Assembly (NCBI RefSeq): GCF_031769215.1
Contig: NW_026782112.1
Span: 310,001 to 374,000, forward strand
From: Ylistrum balloti
Lineage: Eukaryota
DNA: 64,000 nt
Direction: 5' to 3'
Both the position numbers and the translations under genes were made by a program. The notes under the pieces are model-generated. The model searched no databases. It had not been told where the DNA came from and saw only the letters and a program-made list of their open reading frames with translations. Positions 12,401 through 22,536 of the stretch are shown here, piece by piece; position 1 is the stretch's first letter, and each line of letters starts with the position of its first letter.

Positions 12401-15400
12401 CTGCAAAAAAAGTTCAGTACATGAAAAAAAACAGGACTGTACAGCACATGAGGTTAGCTTAAACGAAAAATGCACTATACAGCTGTTTCGCCCTTGATGA
12501 CATTGAATTGCAAAAGGAGTTCTATGAAGCTTCAAAATTGCTTCACACAAATGAATCATTGTTCAAATTGTAAAATTTATACGCAAAATTAAAACATGGA
12601 TAACAGACAACAGATGGAGAAAAACTTGATTTTAGCCAAGTTCAAACAGTACCATACAACATGCAGTTCATAAAAACTTCTTCAAAATCTGACCCATGAT
12701 TAATAGCAACAACATAAAAATTACTCTGTGTGGATATCATACAACACCTAGACTGTATGGTTGCCAATTAACAATTGGGGGCGTTGTTTTGAGCCAGAAA
12801 GTCACGACAAACCCTAGCGACATGGGTGATCACGTTGTCCTTCTGCAGCGTACGTTACGTTACTGGATAAGAGGAAGGAAATGTGTTCTCAAGACCTGAT
12901 CCCGATATGTTACTGTTGTAAGTTTTCTATGGATACACACATGAGGTGTTTTCACGCTTTGAGATATTCCAGCCCATGCATAACAGACCATCCCCCGAAT
13001 CTATCGCTTTACGTTACCTAAGTGTCTGATATCGCTCACATCGACGTCGATAGACACGTTGTTGTACATCTGACCTGTAAAACGTGACGTGAGATTCGTC
13101 AGTGAACAACACGCGTCTCCAATGGCCAAAACGATACTGATTAGGTGCATCTGCAAGCAGCCACTACATTCGAAGTTGGCGTTAAGTAGCCAACAGAAAC
13201 AGGGACGTCGTAGCTTTAAATGAAACTCCTGCAACCGACTCCTGACCGTTCTTTGACACACTGACCGCCTATGAGTTCCACTAACTTGGCGTTTCCATCG
13301 CCGTCTGAAATCGGTAACGGAGTTGCGAGTGACGTATGCCTCCCTCTTAACTTCGCGACGTAACGCGAGGGCGTCAACTCCTGGGAGGGTCATAACATCT
13401 CCCTGCGTTTCGTGGACGCCCAACTAGACGGGATATTGCTCATGTACACCATATTGCTGAGTACAGTTCGATGCGAATGACCCAGCTCTACAATCGCTTC
13501 GAAAGGAAAAGTTGTGGAGCTGATCTGTACTGTTCCAATGTTCGATATGTAATTATTTTCCAGCAGATTTGGTGAGGGGGTACTCTAAATGCACGCTTTC
13601 CTCAAAAATCTGCAGAAGGAATACAGCGTCGAGCGGGGATACGAGCGATTATTTTAACAGTGCCCGGATGAATCTCGGTGTCAAATTTAATTAAATTTCG
13701 TCCATGTGTCTTAAAGTTATATTACAAAATCCCGTATTTTTCCTCACTATCATACTGTAATAATCAATACCTATCTCCAAAGGAAAACATGACGAGAACC
13801 TTGGGTAAATAAATTATGGCTCTTTAAGAAACATAATGTTTTTGAGAAATTTCTGTGAGTTTGACCCATTTCGGTTCCGCCCATCAGCCTCTACAGGTCC
13901 TTTTTATTAACTACCATCGCCGATACTTGTTTATCGTTATAATATGTTCCTTTTTAGATAATACAACCTACAAAAATGTTCGAATATGATACTAAAATAA
14001 CAATACAATTCAGAATCAATAAACCAAGACAAAAATAAAATACCATCTAATAAAAATTCCATGGCATAAACATACAAATCTACTACAATACTTATGAGAT
14101 GTCGCATGTAACGTGAAAACATAACAGCTTAAATAACATAAATATATATAATAAATATACCGTGTTAAAAATATGCCATAAAATATTATTATATATTTAG
14201 AAACAAAATTCGTTTTTTGTTTCTTTTTTGTCCTTTTTAATGCAAAACTCTTGTTATTTTGTAATAATTGATATTCTTAGGATATGAAAGTTGAACTTAC
14301 CTTGGATAAAAGTCATCGTCATAACTATTGTCATCTGTATCAGTATCTGAATGTCCTTCTATTTCTCTGATTAACGAAACATTTGCATTAGACAAAGGAA
14401 TACATAAATATTCAAGTAAAAACAAAACTCAAATACGGGGAGAGGGGAGTTAACTAGTACACGCCTGCTAGAATATAGATCAATGTTAATAGAACGAACA
14501 TAAAAAACTCAGTAAATTCTGTATCTAATTAACAGAGCCTAGTATCGCATTTAAATTTGTTGATATAATACAGATATTTACACGAATTGTTAAGATACAT
14601 AACAAAACAACACAATGTAAACGAACAAACTCCCACAATCCGTTCTATAAAAACGCAAAATATGTGTCTCTATTGACAGCAACAAAATCATACAACATAA
14701 TTAACAAAACAATAGAAATAGAAATATGTCAAATATCCCGACGTATTTCAAGTGACATTACTAGAATAATTTGAATACTCCATTTTTTCCTCTTTAGTGT
14801 ATTACTGTTTAAACAGTAAGAGTCAATTCTGAAACATAACATTCCATAATTGCCCTTTAAATATAAGTTATCAACACATTTCAATATTCCAACCGAATCC
14901 CAGGGACAGTTTTATACGAATAAAATGATAACGCAAAACAACAAAATCGGCGCTCGAATTCGGCATTAAACAAGTGCAACTAGATATCTAATTATTCCAG
15001 CTTGGGGATAAATTTTGTTGGCACTTTGAAACAGAATTAAAACCAAGAACTCGTATGCAACACTTACTTTTCATCAGTTTCCTTTAATTCCTCTTCTATG
15101 ATACTGTCAGCAGCCTGTTCATTGATATCCCCAAATTGATTGTTAAAGGTCACTTGCGTTGAAAACCTGTGATGCATTATTCAAAGTGTTCCCAAATCAA
15201 GCATAATTTTTAATGTTTTTGCCTTCAATGACCCAATACCTTTTTATGCAAGAGAATAAATCATTTTTAGAATTCTTAATTCTGTTAATTCCATAGTATT
15301 TATTGGGTGGACATCCTAGAAGGCAAAATCCATTGATATGAAGATTTTACAAACGACTTACAAGTGGATAACGTATTTTGATACAAATAATACAAACTTT

Positions 15401-18074
15401 ATCACACAGCTGTTTCATCCTTCTAGGCGACTGAGGAAAATTCAAAGTTTCCGTAAGAAAAGTTAAATTTAGATGGAGGCGTACACTAGCCCCATATCAT
15501 TTTCTAATTGAAGAATAGAAAATCACATGTTTTCAAATGTAGCGTAGTTTGTCTATACATATCATATATTAACTGATTTGCAGAATTAGCATTCATGAGA
15601 AAGGTTTGTATATGTATATGTAAGTATACAACACAAATCAGTATCTAGCATACACTTTAAAAATAGCCTTAATGATATCAAAAGTAGATAAAAATATAAC
15701 CAAAAGAAAGATGTACTCCAAAACACTTGGAAAACTATAAAGAAAGCAAGCAAAAAGAAACTTTTCTGACGAATAGGTTTTCTAAAATGGCAAAGCGTAA
15801 CCATCGACGAAACAGCCATACCGCCTAATGAATATCGAGTAGTAAACACAAGTGAATCTTTCAATGCTATAGAATTAGATACAGTAGAGCCAAACAATAA
15901 ATTAAACTGCATCGTACAGCTGTTTTGTCCTTCTAGGACTCGTCAGTGATGCTAAGAGGTTAACTATTGAAGCGTAGGAGGCGACTGAGGACTGAGGGCT
16001 GATCGAAAAAAAAATATCAAAATGATAATACAAAAGAAAACATATAATTTCTTTGTTTATGAAACCGTATGACTTTTCCCTAGATTACATCTTCCTGAGC
16101 AATCTGTTGATGGTGTATCTGTTATCTGTTTATAACTTTCATAACAGTGCCGATATCTTGAACACTAAACATAATTATCTGACATGGATGAGCAAACCGT
16201 GTTTCATTTCATTGATTATATGCAGTTAATTTACATAGACATGTCCTAAAATCATCAAGACAATACCAACAAGTCAACATCATTATTCCAAACTGAAATT
16301 CCGTAAAACTAGGGCAAAATATGAAAGATTTACACAGAGACCAGATGATCGCCTTTCTGACTACAGCATTTGTGCCGTATCAATTAATTACATTTAGCCA
16401 CGCTAAAATTAAAACCTATTGTTGTTTGGTATATTTAAAAACTTTCATTATTTTTTTTACGTTCTTGAACCATAACACAAAAAAGGAAGTACAACACAGT
16501 CCTGGCAGTGCTTGCAGAACAGATTGTATCTTTTTTATTTATCGTAGACTCTTTTCGTTCAGTATCTTTCAATACTGCATTGGGCAGTCATTGAATGATA
16601 ACATGACAAAAAATGACCAATAAGAATGTTTGTTCCATGAAGAATTAAATTATCCAATCAGTTCAAACTAGACAAACCGAGTTAAAGTGTTGAAAAAATG
16701 TACATGTAGCAAAATGAAATGAAAGTCAATATTGTAAAAATGTATAAAAGTGATATGCATATATTTGAATACGGGCAGATGTAATACAGCATGAACTCAT
16801 ATATGATGATCTCATCAAAGTTAGTGTATAATGGTAAAAGTGACAGCTCGGTAAATAAAGAAATAAGTCATTTTTTAATACTTTGAATACTCCTAAATGG
16901 ACTTCGATTAAATTAACATTAATATAGCTTCTAACACATCTGGATATCTACCTGACCAATCATACATGAATAAGTTAAGAGATTTACATGATATAAATAT
17001 TCATTTATTTCTTATAGAAGTACTCTCCACTCAAGTGATCAGCTACTATTAAGTACATAAATTCTATAAGATGTATCACCGATTTGTTCGCAATAAAAAG
17101 AAGAAAACACGCAATATGGTATATCACTGTAGTGACAGCTGTTACAAAAGACCCAGAAACTATTTTCGTTAAGGTAAATAATGTCGACAGAATGTTCAGG
17201 GAAAACATTCGTTTGTTTACAGTACTACGACAACAGAAAAGAAAGCGCCAAAACAAAAAGATACAGTTTTTCCTAATTCATAAATGATATGAAGATTTAT
17301 CTTTGATCAAGAATTCCTCGTTTAAGGGAATCTTATTGTGGCTGTTTGAACTTAGTTATCTACTTGAACTGTAGCGTGCAACATATTCAGTTCAAGTTTC
17401 TAAATTCCTATTCAATGAATAATGCATCTTTAAAGCAAACATTAGTGACAATAAAGAAAATATTTAAGTGTCTGGACGTTGATTGTTGTACCAAAGCATT
17501 AACATGTGGATCTTGCAAACTTGAATGCTAATGTATTTATTTCATCTTTTAAACCACAGACTGATGATTAGTTTAGGGTAAAAATGATAGTGATAAACAT
17601 TAAAGTTCCTCTATGTATATCAGTGTTAGTTACTTTGCATGCGCTGGCTTGAAAACTAGACATTACCTGTTTTGTCTCATGTCCTCTGGTTCTGTTAAAG
17701 TTTCCATCTCAGGTTTACATGGATACCTTTAAAACAATGGTAATGTTTCATTTGACTCGTAATCGTTCCAACAGAAAGCAGAAAACTTATGAATAATCAA
17801 AACTAAAAAACGGAAGTCATATGTTAATAAAGTACAAATTCAACTAACGTTTTCCTAACTATTAGAAAGACAAATAGGAAATATATCGGAGTGTTAATAA
17901 TTCCCACCCGGGAACAGAAAGATTAGAAAAAGTTGTGTGAAATGAAGCTCCAGTCATTCGCTGAATCAGAAGATAAACACAATCAATATTAACCAAGCAG
18001 ATATCAAGTCATATGTAGTCTTATGTACTGTTCTTCCTCCTTCCTTACTTTTCTTTTCTGGTAATCTTCGCCAT
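6192..18074 (-). CDS. Death-domain-containing protein, ZU5/UPA-like + C-terminal DEATH (DTHD1-like architecture), 11 coding exons, 670 aa
   Basis: Manual join of 18074-18049, 17726-17667, 15166-15068, 14366-14301, 12400-12064, 11442-11215, 9411-9113, 8674-8166, 7631-7575, 6809-6696 and 6409-6192 gives 2013 nt and one open frame. All introns are GT-AG and the phases match (2,2,2,2,0,0,2,1,1,1). The C-terminus (VINTLTTSIPPKDWKFVLRAIIG...IISEAECNHKGDVKEAIYQSLTRW...IIQGLLHENFDAIANDLKEKYDKL*) has the death-domain helix pattern. ZU5/UPA assignment of the middle exons (e.g. HRIELGPEGKEYVCKEDETIKIIFPRDCV) is from recalled similarity, not a search. Confidence 0.82.
6696..6809 (-). CDS. Death-domain gene exon 10 (start of death domain)
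   Basis: cttttccag| acceptor, G|gtacgt donor, phase 1-1; encodes VLERVINTLTTSIPPKDWKFVLRAII. Confidence 0.82.
7401..7444 (-). ncRNA. Type I hammerhead ribozyme motif, degenerate (A9->G)
   Basis: Minus strand reads GCATCA CTGACGG GTCT TATAG GAAC GAAA C AAAT G TA TGATGC: perfect 6-bp helix I, intact GAAA and GUA cleavage triplet. Confidence 0.78.
7575..7631 (-). CDS. Death-domain gene exon 9 (linker VTISLSPDAARLYTSSSAR)
   Basis: gtttag| acceptor, GAG|gtaaga donor, 57 nt, phase 1-1. Confidence 0.72.
8166..8674 (-). CDS. Death-domain gene exon 8 (UPA-like region)
   Basis: Contains most of ORF 8026-8643; tcgacag| acceptor, G|gtaggt donor, 509 nt, phase 2-1. Confidence 0.85.
9113..9411 (-). CDS. 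Death-domain gene exon 7
   Basis: Within ORF 9088-9465; tttcaag| acceptor, AG|gtatcg donor, phase 0-2. Confidence 0.85.
9495..9575 (-). repeat. Hammerhead-bearing element, degenerate copy
   Basis: Minus strand CTGTCAA GTCC TAGAC GAAC GAAA T TGCT GTA; flank (plus strand ttttgaggcttatgaggcgac) matches the other copies. Confidence 0.65.
9880..10460. mobile_element. Helentron/HINE-like non-autonomous element pieces
   Basis: catcctatagttttcgagaa, ccaaatttaatggaaatcgg, repeated gcggccatttt and aataagaataataa motifs are typical of invertebrate HINE/DINE-like repeats (recalled pattern). Confidence 0.4.
10095..10205 (+). mobile_element. V-domain SINE-like fragment
   Basis: ccacgtgggtttccccggagtacacctgtttccttccc resembles the conserved V-SINE core (GTGGGTTTTCTCCGGGTACTCCGGTTTCCTCCC), recalled rather than searched. 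A second copy lies at 42285-42405. Confidence 0.6.
10553..10705 (-). pseudogene. Degenerate partial duplicate of exon 7 of the death-domain gene (pseudo-exon)
   Basis: Near-copy of ~9160-9305 (tttgtgtaaagtcatttc; tctgggttcgtaga.ttgtcaaagaggtcgagatcaa). Reads QMKNQFDLDLFDNSTNPDL, then frameshifts; no acceptor or donor retained. Confidence 0.8.
11215..11442 (-). CDS. Death-domain gene exon 6 (ZU5-like region)
   Basis: Within ORF 11185-11499; ttattcag| acceptor, CAG|gtaaaa donor, 228 nt, phase 0-0. Confidence 0.85.
12064..12400 (-). CDS. Death-domain gene exon 5 (ZU5-like region)
   Basis: Within ORF 12031-12447; ttttttgcag| acceptor, AAG|gtgaga donor, phase 2-0. Confidence 0.85.
12468..12497 (-). 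repeat. Hammerhead-bearing element, 3' half only
   Basis: Minus strand GGGC GAAA C AGCT G TA TAGTGCA. Confidence 0.55.
12770..13760 (-). mobile_element. Degenerate, truncated Tc1-family transposon in intron 4 of the death-domain gene
   Basis: Frameshifted minus-strand translation gives AISRLV..R...RPRVTS (HTH/linker), RTVRSRLQEFHLKLRRP, HWRRVLFTDES (~13091-13123, first catalytic D) and LQKDN...HVARVCRDFLAQNN (~12785-12848, second D). It breaks off before the SPDLNPIE motif. A possible left end TACAGT lies at ~13759. Confidence 0.88.
14301..14366 (-). CDS. Death-domain gene exon 4 (EIEGHSDTDTDDNSYDDDFYP)
   Basis: aatcag| acceptor, AG|gtaagt donor, 66 nt, phase 2-2, acidic. Confidence 0.75.
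15068..15166 (-). CDS. Death-domain gene exon 3 (FSTQVTFNNQFGDINEQAADSIIEEELKETDE)
   Basis: cacag| acceptor, AA|gtaagt donor, 99 nt, phase 2-2, open frame. Confidence 0.72.
15362..15437 (-). repeat. Hammerhead-bearing element with a 44-bp internal deletion removing CTGACGA
   Basis: Plus strand cagctgtttcatccttctagg|cgactgagg equals the 15.9-kb copy minus positions 15938-15981, with AGG microhomology at the junction. Confidence 0.7.
15909..15952 (-). ncRNA. Minimal type I hammerhead ribozyme motif, near-complete (G12->A)
   Basis: Minus strand reads GCATCA CTGACGA GTCC TAGAA GGAC AAAA C AGCT G TA CGATGC: perfect 4-bp helix II, intact CUGACGA, helix I 5/6, G12 mutated. Confidence 0.8.
17667..17726 (-). 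CDS. Death-domain gene exon 2 (YPCKPEMETLTEPEDMRQN)
   Basis: ttttaaag| acceptor, AG|gtaatg donor, 60 nt, phase 2-2. Confidence 0.65.
18049..18074 (-). CDS. Death-domain gene, putative first coding exon (MAKITRKE)
   Basis: ATG at 18074, donor AA|gtaagg at 18048; phase 2 fits the next exon. Confidence 0.55.
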
Positions 18075-21017
18075 TTTGAAACATGTATTAGGTGATACTA
18101 AGATCTATACAATGGAGAAATCCCTCAGTTTCCCAGCAATACTCAGCTGTAGCAGCAATACGGGATGTTGTCCATATAAATCTACAACTTATTTGTCCCA
18201 AACTGTATACATCCTTGACGTACTGAGACATGCGAATTGTAATGCAGTATTGAGCGATCCCGTGCAATATTTCCTACACTATACACCGACACGGTGATGT
18301 TACGTATGGAAGACACCTACAGACGTGGCCAATGTTTGCCAATTATAAATCACAAAAGACAAACGCGTGAGAATGATATAATGTGGTCGATAGATATTTC
18401 TGTTGTCATGTACCTTATAATATGCTAAGGATTATCCTGTGGCGAGAATATTGATTACAATCAAAAAGTGTATTAAAACGTTTTAAATGTAAGCTGGTTT
18501 TGAGACCTATGTTATAAAGGAACAACAAAAACCCAGGTTGAATACCCTTGCACCCCTATCCCTACATAATGAAATTTAAAAAAAAACATCTTTCAATAGA
18601 AATAAAAATAAAAAATACATTACAATAATTATCAAATATATCTGATTATTTCAGAGAAATGTCGCGTGCATTTGTATCACTATTCGAGTGAATTAAAACG
18701 TTGCAGTTCAATGACAACACCGGGTTCTAAAAATCCACCAGCAGCGTTTCTAAAAGATTGGTATATTATACAAAGATAATCTTGGTAAACGAATAAAGAT
18801 ACTTTTTTCCACTTATTATCTTTTTAGTTTCAGATTTTTGTTGTTGTCTTGAGTTTTTCGAGATACACTTGGATTGGCACTAGCAACGTGATCTGGATAT
18901 TTGATCACATGATCACTTGCTTTGATCCTAGGGCTTTTCATTTGACTTATCAGGTCATAGAACAATCCTGCGATGACAAGCAATAATTGTAAGTGTTGAA
19001 AAATTCCATGGGGCATGTTTCCTTAACACAACATGTCAATACATGTGAATATAACAATCAGGAGGTTTAAAAAATGTCACCTTAAAGTGATAATAAAATG
19101 GAAAAATTGACAAGCATGCCATCAAACACAACTTTTAATTCTCGGTGTATATTCCGTTAAATAAAATTATTGTGACTAATTGTAATGCTTGTAAATCATG
19201 CAGAGGAAGGCAATATGAACATTTAATGTGGTACAGATCTCTTTTACGCGATTGATCACAATTTATATTATAAATGCAGGAAAACGACACTTGCAAAAAT
19301 AGATTATTTCCGGTATGTGAATTCAGACAACCCTGGCATTCGCTCTTACCAGACAGGTTTGTAGCAAAACGTCAATAAATTTAACCGTGCTCATGTGGTA
19401 CAGACATCTTTATCACTCAAGGTGAAGATTTAAGGTTTGATGAATGTCATCTAGTACGTGATGATTACAACGTCAGTGAGCATGGGTAAGGAAACATCGT
19501 CAAACTGGCTTTTCCACTTGACAAGTTACATTGTCGATGATAAACAATTTACGTACGGATTGAATTTAGCTTTGGTCTATTTCATGGAATGGTGAAATGA
19601 TTTGCTCTTGGGACAAATTGAACATAAATCGTGAGACAAAGAGGTATGTCTTTTTATTATGACGGAACACCTTGGTCCATTAACTTGGTCAATCTAAACA
19701 TACGTGACCGTTGACGACAGGTAAACGCGCATTCCGAATCAACGTGTCTGAATATAGAAATATGCGTCCCGAAAACAAAACAAAAATATATATTATAACA
19801 TGTGACCTTTCACAATCCTTAATATACAATGAACATGGCGATGGCACTTGACCCCTAACACTATCTAGTTGGACTCTTCAACTTTAAGTATTAACGTGTA
19901 ACTCATCAGGTGCGTCTATGTCACCTGAGACAATAGGTCGGGTTTTCGCCTGTAATCGTCGAAATGCATATGAATAAGAATAATAATTCAATTACACGAC
20001 ACTCGCTGCTAGAGTTAGTATTTGAAATAGATTAATTGAATTGTTTTGAAACAACGATTAACGTATCAGTAATGTCTTGTGTTTTATACTTGGATAAAGA
20101 AACCATCGACATTTTAGATAAATATTTAAGATTGGAAAGCAAATCAATGCGCGTGATACTTTTGTACAATTTGAGTTTGGTCTTGTCACACCTGATAAAG
20201 TTCAGTTACCTAAAACTTGATACATGCGCGCGCTGTATTTAAAAAAATACAGAGCCAGGGAATATCTCATGTTTTAGTACATCTCTTTAATGATAGTAAC
20301 TTTGGCGATCTATAAGAATGATTCATGATACGTAGCATAGACGTTTTTTCTGATGATAACATTTGGATATAACTCACTGAAATTGTCCGAATTCACCAAA
20401 ATAGAAGATTCATCTTTCTAAATTGACATGTTAGTAACATGTCTACCGAAAAGTTATATGAATTGCAAATTGGTTTCAAACTCAACTCGACTCATCACCC
20501 ATGAAATCGATCAACGCTCTCTTTTAACAACAGACCTCGTCATCTTAAGTAAAGACATAAATGAAATGCATTAAATATTATATTAATTTAATGTTTATTT
20601 AACTGGTTCCCCTACCTGTGTTAGCAGTTATTCATGTAAAAATTCTTACTCTTCCTGTTTTTGTTGCTAAGTCCACTTCATGATAAGATAAGACATAAGT
20701 GACAACCATCTGGGCACACTTCTGCATGGAAGGGTTTATCTAACATTAAAAGAGACCGAAACTATTTTTGAATCTGTTGAAATATTTCTTCGTGCAAGTA
20801 ACATATATTTGATATCGTCTTACAGAACAGGTGACAATACTGTACAGTCTATACTTTTGTAATATTTGGGTGGGTGTTGTACGCTGTGATATCAGGGGAA
20901 AGATATTGGTTACAATCAAATGGTAGCAATTACTGTTTGTCTAATGCTGAATATTCTCAATCAATAAAACTGAATTATTAATATGTACAAATGATTCTGA
21001 CTAGAAATGACTATAAG

Positions 21018-21377
21018 TAACGCACGTCCGGCCTGATGCATGAACCCTAACGATGATATGTACAACGCATGCGTCCGGCCTGACGCATGAGCCCTAACAA
21101 TGATATATACAACGCATGCGTCCGGCCTGACGCATGAGCCCTAACAAGGATATATACAACGCATGCGTTCTGCTTGGTGCATGAGCCCTGACAACGATAT
21201 GTACAACGCTTGCGTCCGGCCTGACGCATGAGCACTTTCAACGATATGTACAACGCATTCGTCCGGCCTGACGCATGAGCCCTAACAATGATATATACAA
21301 CGCATGCGTCCGGCCTGACGCATGAGCCCTAACAACGATGTGTACAACGCATGCGTCATCCTTAGCGCATGTACCCT
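21018..21377. repeat. 47-bp tandem repeat, ~7.5 copies, each with an 8-bp hairpin
   Basis: Unit aacgcatgcgtccggcctgacgcatgagccctaacaatgatatatac; stem CATGCGTC/GACGCATG. Confidence 0.95.
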
Positions 21378-22536
21378 AATATTTTAATGGCACAGTATTG
21401 ATTGATAACTCGTGTGTTATTTCTATGTATACCTTACTATAAACAGTACTACCAAAGTAATCAGAAAGACTCACGGATCACTATATATCCGCCCATACGT
21501 TATGTATCCACTAAACAAACGGCAAACCCTGCACAGGTCAAAAAAAAAAAGTAAGCACAAGCTAAGATTATACAAGTACGTAATCTAACCTTGAACGTCT
21601 ATACTGGCTGACTGTCTCATTTAAAGACGACTATCGCGAACATTCTCTGCTTTTATACTGTTTGCGAGCCTCGTTTTGACTTTAATAGGATCAGTGCTTC
21701 ACAGCGTTTGAAACAGTGGTTTAGAAATCTACATTGACAACCCGAAAGTAAATCCCTATATCAAAGTGTAACAGCTAGCTATGTATCGGTAAGGCTGCCA
21801 GCTTTAATGATATAACAATACTCTATTTCACTATACTTCCTTGTCTTTCTACCCAGGCTGTCCTATCACTACCTTTTCTAGAAAATCGTGTCATAAGTGT
21901 TTTGGTTTTGATTACATGAACATTATAAAATGTATATTATTTTCTGTTTGGTGCTGTGCAACAATACCTAGAAGGAACGAGATGTACATTACAGCAATCA
22001 TGAACATTTGCATGGGCAATTTGGAAAGTGGTAGTGTCTGGAATGTGTGTAGTTAGTATGTGGCCAGGCAATTATGTTATATATCATATATTACTAAACA
22101 ATATATATTTTTGAACATGGTAAGAATTGCTGTAATATATTCTTATTATGTCCAATCCTTTTGCTTGTTTTAGAAGTAATAAAACATGTTTAAGCTAAAG
22201 CAAGATTCAATCCATTTGTTTCAGTAAAAGGCTTTTCTGTTCCTTTTTTCGTTATTCTTTCACATATCAATGCTATTCTGGTCGAATTCATAGACAAATG
22301 AAACGGGCAAAAGTTGATAGTTGCATTGAGCCAAACATCAGTAGAAACTGAAATATTTCAGTTCAAATGCACGATATTATCAGCACCGGTGGGTCGCGTC
22401 ATGACATTTATGACCGCTATAAATGACACAGCTGTGTAGGCAATTATTATAGTACGCGCATTGCCATTTCCGTTATCGTTTGATCTCAATTTGTCCGTTT
22501 GACAACAATTTTCACTGGATACTTAGCGCCAACCCC

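Noticed and set aside
16088-16164. Exon-like segment in intron 2 of the death-domain gene
   Set aside because: It is open only in phase 0, which is incompatible with the phase-2 neighbours.
19902-19909. CTGATGAG on the minus strand (also 39277-39284)
   Set aside because: No helix II or GAAA follows, so these are not hammerheads.
21018-21377. CRISPR-like look of the palindromic 47-bp repeat (also the 50-bp array at 36381)
   Set aside because: The inter-hairpin segments are near-identical rather than unique spacers, there are no cas genes, and the context is eukaryotic.
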